Shown here: positions 40,060 to 50,973 of the stretch, piece by piece
Position numbering within the stretch: the first letter of the stretch is position 1
Layout: each line of letters opens with the position of its first letter
Assembly: GCA_038087875.1 (NCBI GenBank)
Contig: CM075981.1
Location: forward strand, 744,001-808,000
DNA from: Malacoraja senta
Lineage: Eukaryota
DNA length: 64,000 bases
Reading direction: 5' to 3'
Notes under the pieces: model-generated
Databases searched by the model: none
What the model saw: only the letters and a program-made list of their open reading frames with translations
What the model was told of the DNA's origin: nothing
Translations under genes and position numbers: made by a program

Positions 40060-40259
40060 NNNNNNNNNNNNNNNNNNNNNNNNNNNNNNNNNNNNNNNNN
40101 NNNNNNNNNNNNNNNNNNNNNNNNNNNNNNNNNNNNNNNNNNNNNNNNNNNNNNNNNNNNNNNNNNNNNNNNNNNNNNNNNNNNNNNNNNNNNNNNNNNN
40201 NNNNNNNNNNNNNNNNNNNNNNNNNNNNNNNNNNNNNNNNNNNNNNNNNNNNNNNNNNN
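40060..40259. other. Assembly gap (200 N)
   Basis: N run. Confidence 1.
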
Positions 40260-40321
40260 AATGAGGAAGAGGACAACTCAAACGCAGTGCAGGGACCAAA
40301 CCGATCCAACGTAGCCGAGAC

Positions 40322-40418
40322 ATGGCGGTGGGACAGGGAGAATTCACCCACCAGAAACGTCCCAGATCCAGGGGAACAGTCGTTCTGTTGGTTCTTGTCG
40401 CCGTTGGTCTCACATCAG
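40322..40418 (+). CDS. Gene B exon 1, leader (MAVGQGEFTHQKRPRSRGTVVLLVLVAVGLTS-G)
   Basis: ATG, hydrophobic core and phase-1 donor CAG|GTAAAT. Confidence 0.82.
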
Positions 40419-41380
40419 GTAAATTGTTGTTTTACAAAATGCCCTGTTCTTTAAAATTATTTACCAGCGCCTTGAATTATTTGTAACCACGGACCTCTCA
40501 GTACTGTGTGGGGAGCTGATGATAAATTGCTCAACACTCGTTAGTTCCTGTAAAGACTTCCATCAGCGGATGTTGTCGTGTTGTATGCAGCCAAATTGCA
40601 CACAGCTAGCTCCCTGTGGAGAAGGGAGATAACTACCTACAGCTTGCCTGGCCTTGTGGACCTCATTGAAACTTACCATATAGTGCAATGCCTGGATGGA
40701 GTGGATGGGGTGAGGAAGTTTCCACGGGTGGGAGAGTCTAGGACCAGAGGTCGCAGCCTCATAATTATAGGACATTCCTTTAGGAAGGAGATGAGGAGGA
40801 ATTTCTTTAGTCAGAAGGTGGTGAAACTGTGGAATTCATTGCCGCAGAATGTTGTGGAGGACGTCAGGATGGATAGATTCTTGATCAGGACTGGTGTCAG
40901 GAGACCTGGGAAAAAGACAGGAGGTTTGAGTTGACAGGGAAAGGTAGATCAGCTATGATTGAATGGAGGAGTAGACTTGATGGGCCAAGTGGCCTAATTC
41001 TGCTCCTAGTACTAATGAACTTATGATCTGTTCTTCAGAATTATTTACCAGCACCTTGAATTATTTTGAGCCACAGAGCAGACTACTGGGCTACGAGCTG
41101 CTAAAGATAAAGTGCTTGCAGACTTGTTCTTTCCTGCACTAATGACTTGTGATGCTGTACACAGCCAAATGGCACACCGCTAACTCCCTGTAGAAAATGA
41201 CCCGACAACTGGCCTTGTTGATTATGGGTGTAGGGGTAACTCTTGCCTTTAGAACCGAGCGTTTGCTCCATTATTCTGGTGCAAACTATCTCCAGGTGAA
41301 CTTTCTCAGTGACTTGACAGCAGATCAGCTAAATGCTTTACCCCTTATATATCTCTTGACTTCCTCCCTCCCTGACTGTT

Positions 41381-41414
41381 GGTCTGAAGAAGGGTGTCGA
41401 CCCGAAACGTCACC
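41381..41414 (+). ncRNA. Minimal type-I hammerhead ribozyme motif (Penelope-type)
   Basis: GGT-CTGAAGA-A-GGGT-gtcg-ACCC-GAAA-CGTC-ACC: intact core, 4-bp stem II, palindromic ACGT stem III, GTC cleavage triplet, GGT/ACC stem I. Confidence 0.6.
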
Positions 41415-43316
41415 CATTCCTTCTCTCCAGAGATGCCGCCTGACCCGCTGAGTTACTCCAGCATTTAGTGTCTATCAAAGACACACGGCACTCCCTCCAC
41501 GCATTGCAATGGGAAATGTTGAACCTGAACCTTAGCACATTCAAAGAAAAAACCTGTGAAAGCCAGCCATTGGGAATATGCGGGCATCTCAAATGAGGAA
41601 GCACCAGAGAGACTGTCCAATTTAGCATGTGGAGAAGTTGTGGTAATCTCTCCCTTCTGAGAAAAAACAGCTGCCTTACAACAGACTCTGCTGCTCCAGC
41701 TGTTCTTCACACCGTGCTTTCCCCAGCCTCTGAGTTCTCCTTCAAGGCATTTGTCTTGTGGCTTGTGAACGGACCTGGAGTGATCTGATGATGTGTCTCC
41801 ACCCCAGCAACTGAATCTGCAGAGTTTCACATGTGTTCGAGGCATAGAGTGATACAGTGTGGAAACACTCCCTTCAGCCCAACTTGCCCACACCGGCTAA
41901 CATGTATCAGCAACACTAGTCCCACCTGTCCATGTTTGGTCCATGTCCCTTCAAACCTATCCTATTCCATGTACCTGTCTAACTGTTTCTTTAACGATAG
42001 GAAAATCCCAGCCTCAACTACCTCCTCTGGCAGCTTGATCCATACACCCACCAGCCTTTGTGTGAAAAAGACACCTCATGATTATTCCAGGTGGACGTGG
42101 AGTTTGAAACATCAGTGGCAGATCCAGCTTCCACCACAGGCCGGGAAGTTTAGTTCAATGGGGCACAAAGTGCTGGCGTAACTCAGTAGGTCAGACAGTA
42201 TATCATGGTCTTGACTTAAAACGTCACATATCCATGTTCTCCAGAGATGCTGCCTGACCTGATGAGTCACCACTGGCACCACAGGCAACTGGATATTCAG
42301 CTTTAGTAAAGCACAAAGTGCCAGATTAAGTCAGCAGGTCAGGCAGCATCTCTGGAGAACATCGATAGGTGACGTTTTGGGATGAGACCTGAATAAATGG
42401 TAGGCCAGATGAGGAAAATCCTTTTCAACCCGAGATGTGAATCTGTAGAATTCTCTGCCACCGAGGGCAGTGGAGGCCAATTCACTGGATGTATTCAAGA
42501 GTGAGTTAGATATAGCTCTTAGGGCTAATGGCATCATGGGATATGGGGAGCAAGCAGAATGGTACTGATTTTGGATGATCAGCCATGATCATATTGAATG
42601 GCAGTGCTGGCTCGAAGGACCGAATCGCCTACTCCTGCTCCTATTTTCTATGTTTATATGTTTCTATGAATCGTCACCTTTCCACTTTCTCCAGGGATAG
42701 TTCCTGACCCATTGAGTTACTCCAGCACTTTGTGTCCTTTTGTGTATTAACCAGCATCTGCAGTTCCTAGTTTCTACTAGTTCAATGGGGAAGTGGGTTG
42801 TAGTGAGATTGAACACAGGGTGGGTCAGAGTGAGAGACAGGTTGGCTTCCTGTCACATGACCACCACTCAGGTCAAGCCACGCCCACAGGGAAGGAGGAT
42901 CTGGGCGCCAGATAGATTCAGAAGCAGTTCTGCTTTCACTGGAACTTGGGGAACAATCCCAGTGAAATGGGAATTAACACCTGCGGGAAAAGCATTAAAG
43001 TGCAACAGAATCTATGCAAAAGAAGAAACACAAAATGCTGGAGTAACTCAGCGGGACGGGCAGCATCTCTGGAGAGAAGGAATGGGTGAGGAAACATCAC
43101 CCGTCGGTTTCTCCAGACATGCTGCCTGTCCCGCTGAGTTACACCCACTCATTGTATCTATCTTTGGTGTAAACCAGCACCTGCAGTTCCTTGCTACACA
43201 TGATCTATGCGAAACCATGAACCTGTCTGAACAGCACAAATGACATGTTTTTTATTGTTAAACCTCAGCTTGTGTTGCTGCAGTGTGAGTGTTTTTCATC
43301 ATTAATGTGCCCACAG

Positions 43317-43640
43317 GGTCAAGGGGAATAACTGGACCCAAGGAGATGAGGGGAGAGTTGGGGCAGTCGGTCACTGTGGTATGTCCGTATGATCGGGAAT
43401 ACAGTGACTACAGGAAGCGATGGAGTAAAGGTGATTATTACCTGTCATCTTCTACCGTGGTTACTACTGATCACCCACGACAAGCGAGAACATCGATAAA
43501 TGATAACAAAACACAACTGATCGTTTCAGTAACCATCGACAACCTGGTGAAGAGTGATGAAGGACGCTACTGGTGTGTGATAGTAAAGGGAATATTGTCA
43601 ATCAATGAAAAGACCTCCATCTCATTGAAGGTTTATGAAG
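43317..43640 (+). CDS. Gene B exon 2, Ig V-set domain V3, CD300/pIgR-like
   Basis: 324 bp, phase 1/1, open; GQSVTVVCPY..KRW..DEGRYWC. Confidence 0.92.
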
Positions 43641-44976
43641 GTACGTTGACGATCTCTCCTCACTCTCCCAGAAGTGAAAATTACAGCCTGGGAATTCCCG
43701 GACTCGGTCCTGATAGGGACTCGACGCCACTTCCCCGGTTATCCGTGGTTGGGGGGGGGGGGGTGAGGAGGTTTGGGGCAGGTTAGAGGGGGGTAGGGGG
43801 GATCCGCTACATTGGGCCACACCAAGAGCCCACTGTCCCAGGAGCAGTGTGTGTGTGTGTGGGAGGGGGGGGAGCTCATCAACGGGGACTGGCGGTTCTG
43901 CTGCTGACGGCTCATTTCCCCAAAGTCGATCTCTCCGGGACCAGAACCTCTGGTGGCCCCCTCACTGGGGCAGGGGTGGGACTGCCCCCTCACCCTCTCC
44001 CCCTGCCCGTCACTGTCACACCGACCACACACACAACATCTGAAGAAGGTTCCCAACCCAATACATCGTCTATTCATTCCTTCCACAGATGCTGCCTAAC
44101 GTGCTGAGTTACTCCAGCACTTTGTGTTTTGCTCAAGATTCCAGCACCTGCAGTTCATTGTGACTCACAAACTTTGGTGATTCATGAGCTCAGTTTATTG
44201 TTGCCGTCTGTACCGACGTACAGGGAAAAACTTTTACCATGTTTCCAATGAGGGCCAAATCATTGGGTATTTTTAAGGTAGAGATTGACAGGTTCTCAAT
44301 TAGTATGGGTGTCAAGCTATATGGGGAGAAGGCAGGAGAATGGGGTTGAGAGGGAGAGATAGATCGGCCATGATTGAATGGCGGAGTAGACTCAATGGGC
44401 CAAATGTCCTAATTCTGTCCCTATCACATGAACATGATCTAAGAATCATCATGAGATGTGTGATATAGACTTTACACTGTTACACAAACTGTACAAGATG
44501 AAATATATAACGGGTCTGGCAGTATCTGTGGAGAGAGAATGAGAGTTAATGTTTCAGGTAGATACCGCCAACAAAATTGCATTATTTCCAATTCAGTCCG
44601 CGTAATGAAAATAGTCTATGCATGCCCCTGCTCCCAAGTTCTTCTCCAACATAGAAGACATGTGCCTAACTCTAACAGCAGGCAGATAACACAGCCTGCG
44701 GGACTCTGAAGGGCATGAAAGAAGTCTTTGAATGCTTGCGACCATCTGGTGGCATCTTAATGGGTGAGCCTCCTGTCTAGATCAAGAGGCTTGGTCCATC
44801 TATGGTGGCCTCAGAAGGATCTTTGCCCAAATGTCTGGAGTGTGATTCAAACCAAGAATCTCACCGCACAGAGCCAGAGCGCTCCCAACAAGCATCTCCC
44901 ACACCTCACTAAAGTGGCACAGAACGTGCTTTCAGACATTTAATGTTCAAAACTTCATTCTCTTCATCTCCACAAG

Positions 44977-45133
44977 GGACTCGAACAAGCCGCCCAGGCA
45001 TTGTCAACACCACCTCTACAATAATAACCACGAGGACTTCCACCACAACCACTCTGACCACCCTGCCTCAAGATGCACCAACCACCAAGGAAGCAAGTTC
45101 CACTGAGTCTCATGGTTCAATACTTCCAAGCAG
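44977..45133 (+). CDS. Gene B exon 3, Ser/Thr-rich mucin-like stalk
   Basis: Acceptor ttcatctccacaag|, 157 bp, phase 1/2, donor CAG|GTTAGT; TRTSRPGIVNTTSTIITTRTSTTTTLTTLPQDAPTTKEASSTESHGSILPS. Confidence 0.85.
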
Positions 45134-45736
45134 GTTAGTAACTCGAAGAGCCAACTCAGCCTCACCTGAGAACAAATTAGTTAAGTTCAGTTCAGCTCAG
45201 TTAAAAGATGCAGCGTGGAAATAGACCCTTTGGCCCACCGAATCCGCTCTGAGCAGCGATCACCCCATACACCAGTTCTGTTCTACACACTAGGGGCAAT
45301 TTATAGAAGCCAATTATCCTACAAACCCGCACGTCTTTGGAATGTGGGAGGAAACCGGAGAACCTGGAAAAAACTCTTGTGATCACAGGGAGAACGTACA
45401 AACTCTGTACAGACAGCACCGGTAGTCAGGATCAAAGCCAGGTCTCCTGCGCTGTGAGGCAGCAACTCTGCCACTGCGCCACCATGCCGTCCCTAAATGG
45501 TATGGTCTCAATGGGCGAAAGGGCCTGTTCCCATGTCATATCTCTAAACTCTAAACTACTTTATAGTTCCTTAAATACCAATGGAATTATTCATAATGTT
45601 CCAGAATTTAACCTGCACTGCATTCAAGTATAGTTCCACATTTTTACTTTCCGGATCAAAACGCATGGTTCGTTACTGGGGGGGGAATCAGTCCTATTAC
45701 CATGAGCTCGTCATTGTTTTTTCTTGTATTTTGCAG

Positions 45737-45852
45737 GGAGGCAGGTACATTTCCACAGCATGTTGTTCTGTCGATTGCCTTGACAATTGTCTTTCTTCTG
45801 TTCATCACTGCCATTATCCTATGTGTAAAAATGAGGCAGAAAAAGAAAACTG
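45737..45852 (+). CDS. Gene B exon 4, uncharged transmembrane segment and basic stop-transfer
   Basis: Strong acceptor ttttttcttgtattttgcag|, phase 2/1, donor CTG|GTAAGT; EAGTFPQHVVLSIALTIVFLLFITAIILCVKMRQKKKT. Confidence 0.88.
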
Positions 45853-46589
45853 GTAAGTTCCGTTGAAGGTACGTAAATATCAAGGGGCACTCTTGTTGAT
45901 TAAAAAAGATTTGGCACTTCTCTCTGAGGTGCCTTTCACAAACTCAGACCATTCACCTAGCGTATAACAGCAGGGAAAGATACCAAGTGCTGGAGTAACT
46001 CAGCGGGTCAGGCAGCATCTCTGGAGAACATGGACAGGTGACATTTCAGGGCGGCACAGTGGCAAAGTGGAGAGGTGCTGCCTTACAACGCCAGAAACCC
46101 GGGTTCGATCCTGACTATGGGTGCTGTCTGTATGGAGTTTGTACGTTCTCCCTGTGAGCGCGTGGATTTACACCAGAGAGACAGGCCCTTTGGCCCAATT
46201 CGTCCTTACTGACACCCAAGGTGCTTCCCTATGCTAGTCCCACTTACCTGTGCTTGTCCCACATCACTCTTAAAGCTTTCTTCTCCATGTATCTCTCCAA
46301 ATGTCTTTTAAACGATGGAATTGGACTTGCCTTTACTACGTCCTCTGTCGGTTTGATCCGTGTGATGAGAGTGGTCAAATCTGGGGTGAATTGATAGGAA
46401 GATGGGGCGAATAAAATGGGATCGTGGAGATGAATGGAAATGGATGCTTGATGGGCCAGCATGAGCTCAAAGGGCCAAAGGGCCTGCTTCCATACTGATG
46501 GTTCTGTGAAAACCATCTGGTTGGAAGCTGCAATATTAGTCAGAAGTGCGTCAGTCTTATCCAGATTGAACAAGAATGTTTTTATCTGC

Positions 46590-47190
46590 AAATTATCTGA
46601 TTGGTGGTCGATTAGGAAAAGGGGAGATGCAACGAGACCTGAGTGTCATGGTACACCAGTCATTGAAAGTAGGCATGCAGGTGCAGCAGGCAGTGAAGAA
46701 AGCGAATGGTATGTTAGCATTCATAGCAAAAGGATTTGAGTATAAGAGCAATGAGGTTCTACTGCATTTGTACAGGGTCTTGGTGAGACCACACCTGGAG
46801 TATTGCGTACAGTTTTGGTCTCCTAATCTGAGGAAAGGCATTCTTGCCATAGAGGGAGTACAGAGAAGGTTCACCAGACTGATTCCTGGGATGCCAGGAC
46901 TTTCATATGAAGAAAGACTGGATAGACTCGGCTTGTACTCGCTAGAATTTAGAAGATTGAGGGGGGATCTTATAGAAACTTCCAAAATCTTAAGGGGTTG
47001 GACAGGCTAGATGCAGGAAGTTTGTTCCCGATGTTGGGGAAGTCCAGAACAAGGGGTCACAGTTTAAGGATAAGGGGGAAGTCTTTTAGGACTGAGATGA
47101 GAAAATCATTTTTCACACAGAGAGTGGTGAATCTGTGGAATTCTCTACCACAGAAGGTAGTTGAGGCCAGTTCATTTGCTATATTTATGA
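46590..47190 (+). mobile_element. CR1 3' RT fragment
   Basis: ORFs 46576..47010 and 46998..47276. Confidence 0.85.
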
Positions 47191-47225
47191 GGCAGCAACT
47201 CTACCGCTGCGCCACTGTGCCGCCA

Positions 47226-47600
47226 TTAATAATAATAATAATAATAATAAAAATAATAATAACGTTATTTGTATAGCACATTTAAAAACAACTCACGTTG
47301 ACCAAAGTGCTTCACATCAGTGCAGGTACTAATTTGATACATACAACGGTAGACAGACCCAACAATACATAAATAAACTTTACAGCGCCCCCTGAGAGGG
47401 GCTCAAAAACGCTAGCGAGTAGAAATAGGTTTTGAGTCGTCACTTAAAGCAGTCGATGGTGGGGGCAGTTCTGATGAGCAGCGGGATGCTATTCCACAGT
47501 CAGGGGTGCTGCAACCGCAAAAGCGCGGTCACCCCTGAGCTTAAACCTGGACCGCGGGAAATTTACTAGCCCCAAGTCGGCCGACTTGAGGGACGGAGGC
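47226..47600 (-). mobile_element. L2-clade LINE 3' end with (TAT)n tail
   Basis: Minus strand reads gtgaagcactttggtcaac..aaatgtgctatacaaataacg followed by (TAT)n, as in fish L2 tails. Confidence 0.55.
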
Positions 47601-48019
47601 ATTCCCCTGCTACTTTTCCTCCATGCAATACATTATATTAGATAGACACATCCTTCTCTCCAGAGATGTTGCTTGTCCCGTTGAGTTACTCCAGCATTTT
47701 GTGTCTACCTTCGGTGTAAACCAGCATCTGCAGTTCCTTCCTACACAGATTATATTAGAATTGCGGGAAGTAACTTCATGAAAACATATTTGTCCTGCAT
47801 CCAATCCTCCTCCGCAAAGAGTGAACCGCACAACTGTGCCTTACAGCGCCAGAGACCAGGGTTCGATCCTGACTATGGGTCCGGTCTTTATGGCGTTTGT
47901 ATGTTCTCCCCATGACCGCATGGTTTTTCACCGAGAACTTTGGTATCCTCCCACACTCCAAAGATGTACAGGTTTGTAGATTAATTGGCTTGGTAGATAT
48001 GTAAATTGTATACAGACCA

Positions 48020-48860
48020 CCAAACAGCAGTAGGGAGATTCGGGATAGCTTCATGCAGGAAATTAGGGATGCATGTAGCAAAGGTACAGCGGTTATCATG
48101 GATAAATTTAGACTGGGCCAACCAAATTGGTAACAACACTGAGAAGGAGGATTTCCTGGAATGTATACGGGATGGGTTTTTAAACCAATATGTAGAGGGC
48201 AGGCCATCCTAGACTGGACATTGTGTAATGAGGAAGGTTTAGCGATCTTGTTGCGCAAGGCAACAGGGACCATAATATAGTGGAATCCTGCATTAGGATG
48301 GAGGGTGACATGGTTAATTCAGAGACTAGGGTCCTAAATTTGATTAAAGGAGACTTTGAAGGTATGAGACGGGAATTGGCTAGGATAGACTGGCAAACTA
48401 TACTTGACAGTGGAGATGCAATGGCAAAGATTTAAAGACCGCAAGGATGAACTCCAGAAATTGTTCATCCCTGTCTGGCGAATAAATAAAACTGGGAAGG
48501 CGGCTGACGAGGAAGTCAAGGATAGTGTTAAATCCATGGAAGAGGCATATATATTGGCCAGAAGAAGTGGCAAACCAGAGGCCTGGGAGAAATTTAGAAC
48601 AGAGAAGGACAAAGGGGTAAATTAAGAGGGGAGGAAATGAGCATGAAAGAAAGCTTGCGGGGAATATAAAAACTGACTGTAAAAGTTTCTTTAGGTATGT
48701 AAAAAGGAAAAGATTAGTGAAGACGAATGTAGGTCCCTTACAGTCAGAGACAGGTGGATTTATAATGGGAAACAAGGGCCTGAAAGAACAGTTAAACAGG
48801 TACTTTGGTTGTGTCTTCACGAAGGAAGACGCAAACAATCTCCCGGAAATACTGTATGAC
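48020..48860 (+). mobile_element. Internally deleted CR1 fragment (endonuclease-linker region)
   Basis: Similar to 23400-24400; ORFs 48006..48212 and 48404..48625. Confidence 0.75.
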
Positions 48861-49165
48861 CCAATCCCACAGACGTGCAGGTTAGTAGGTTAATTTGCCT
48901 CCATAAATTGCCCCACTGCTAACAGTGGCAGAAAATTCCACAGATTCACAACTCTCTGGGTGAAAAGTGTGTCTCTGGGAGAACTAATGTGAACGGGTGA
49001 TCAGTGGTCGGTGGGCCGAAGGGCCTATTTACATATTGTATTTCTAAACTAAGTTTCATGAAAGGGAATCAAGTATGACATCAATGGATAAAATGCAACA
49101 TTATCCTTTGCGTGTTTGACTTCAATGAAGTCCATATAAGAATTAATTATCATTATATTTTTCAG

Positions 49166-49218
49166 GCTCAAATGGCAATAGAATTATAAGTCAGGAAAAT
49201 CCAGCAGGAAGTTTCAAG
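49166..49218 (+). CDS. Gene B exon 5, short cytoplasmic exon (G-SNGNRIISQENPAGSFK)
   Basis: Acceptor atatttttcag|, donor AAG|GTAAGG; phase 1/0 exactly bridges exons 4 and 6. Confidence 0.72.
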
Positions 49219-50159
49219 GTAAGGCAATGCCGCAGCATGTTGTAGCCCCAGGGAAATAAAACAACCTTACTGGAGGTCTCCCTTGAAGGGTCGCACATCA
49301 CATGACATATCGATCACTTGATCGCCCATAACATGGCACCTCAATGATCGAGTGCCCATCCTTGGCCTTCTCCACTGCCTTGGTGAGGCCAGGCACAAAC
49401 TCAAAGCACAACATCTGGGTTAGATTCTGACCACGGGTGCTGTCTGTGTGGAGTTTGCAGGTTCATGCTGTGACCACCTGGGTTTCGTCTGGATGCTCCG
49501 GTTTCCTCCCCCATCCAAAAGACGGGCGGATTTGTAAGTGAATTGCGCTCCATAAATTCCCCCCAGTGGGTAGGGAGTGGATGAGAAAGTGGGATAACAT
49601 AGATCTAAGGTGGACAGGTGATCGATGGTCGCTGTGAGGCAGTAGGTCTACCAGCTGTGTCACTCTGCCCATCCTTTCACTTCCTTTGTTGCCATTAATG
49701 GTCTCTACTGAGTTCACTCCTGTTGTCAGTCGGCAGCACAGTGGCGCAGCGGTAGAGTTACTGCCTCACAGCGCCAGAGACCCGAGTTCGATCCTGACCT
49801 CGGATGTTGTCTGTGCAGTGTTTGTGCGTTCTCCCTGTGACCGCCCGGGTTTTCTCCGGGTGATCCGGTTCGCTCCCACATTCCAATGATGTGCAGGTTT
49901 GTAGGTTAATTGGCTTTTGGAAATTGCCCCCAGTGTGTAGGATGCGAAAGTGGGACAACATGGAACAACTGTTAATGGGTGATCGATGGTCAGAGTGGGC
50001 TTGGTGGGTCAAGGGGTCTGTTTCCATTCAGCATCTCTAAACTAAACTAAACTAAGTAATTATGTTTAGGTCTGAAGAAGGGTCTCGACCCAAAATGCCA
50101 CCTATTCCTTTTCTCCAGAGATGTTGCATGACTCGCTGGTTACTCCAGCATTTTGTGTA

Positions 50160-50305
50160 TGCAGTCCTCAAAAAGGCAGCCAGCATCATCACAGACCCAC
50201 ACCACCCTGGCCGCGCTCTTATTTCACCTCTGCCATCGGGAAGAAGGTACAGGAGACCAAAAACTGTAACATCCAGGTTCAGGAATAGCTTCATCCCTAC
50301 AACCA
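50160..50305 (+). mobile_element. Rex1/Babar-like LINE 3' fragment
   Basis: KKAASIITDPHHPGRALISPLPSGRRYR..SRFRNSFIP. Confidence 0.6.
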
Positions 50306-50456
50306 NNNNNNNNNNNNNNNNNNNNNNNNNNNNNNNNNNNNNNNNNNNNNNNNNNNNNNNNNNNNNNNNNNNNNNNNNNNNNNNNNNNNNNNNNNNNNNN
50401 NNNNNNNNNNNNNNNNNNNNNNNNNNNNNNNNNNNNNNNNNNNNNNNNNNNNNNNN
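50306..50456. other. Assembly gap (151 N)
   Basis: N run. Confidence 1.
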
Positions 50457-50773
50457 AGATGCTGGAAAAATCGAAGGTAGACAAAAATGCTGGAGAAACT
50501 CAGTGGGTGAGGCATCATCTATGGACTGAAGGAAATAGGTGACGTTTCGTGTTGGAAATGTCAAAGCAGCCCTTGCTTTCCCTCTCTCTCCATCCCTTCC
50601 CCCTTCCCAGTTCTCCCACCAGTCTTACTGTCTCCGACTACATTTTATCTCTGTACCGCCCACTCCCCTGACATCAGTCTGAAGAAGGGTCTCGACACGA
50701 AACGTCACCTACTCCTTCGCTCCATAGATGCTGCCTCACACGCTGAGTTTCTCCAGCATTTTTGTCCACCTTC
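50457..50773 (+). mobile_element. Penelope-derived foldback element with hammerhead core, just upstream of the ITIM exon
   Basis: Imperfect inverted arms ~50475-50552 and ~50698-50773; CTGAAGA..GAAACGTC at 50679-50706. Confidence 0.65.
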
Positions 50774-50817
50774 TGACACTATCTTTAAGTAATTATGTTT
50801 CTCACTTGATTCCAAAG

Positions 50818-50973
50818 GAAACCCCTGTCATTTATACCACCGTGACAACCCGTTCTCCAGCTAGCATGGAGAATACTTACATGAACCTTCAGGATATGAA
50901 CACACAAGGACAAGCCAAGAGGCAAGGTGCTGCAGAGATTGTGTACGCAACAATTCTCACTGATAATAATTAA
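50818..50973 (+). CDS. Gene B exon 6, ITIM-bearing tail
   Basis: Phase-0 acceptor ttccaaag|; ETPVIYTTV..ENTYMNL..AEIVYATILTDNN*; two ITIM-consensus motifs and YxN. Confidence 0.85.
   Translation, partial: ETPVIYTTVTTRSPASMENTYMNLQDMNTQGQAKRQGAAEIVYATILTDNN

Noticed and set aside
39947-40413. ORFs spanning the N runs (also 50052..50564)
   Set aside because: They are artefacts of translating assembly gaps.
25906-43640. V exons as rearranging antigen-receptor segments
   Set aside because: Each V exon is complete through the G strand and ends in a splice donor, with no heptamer-nonamer recombination signal next to it.
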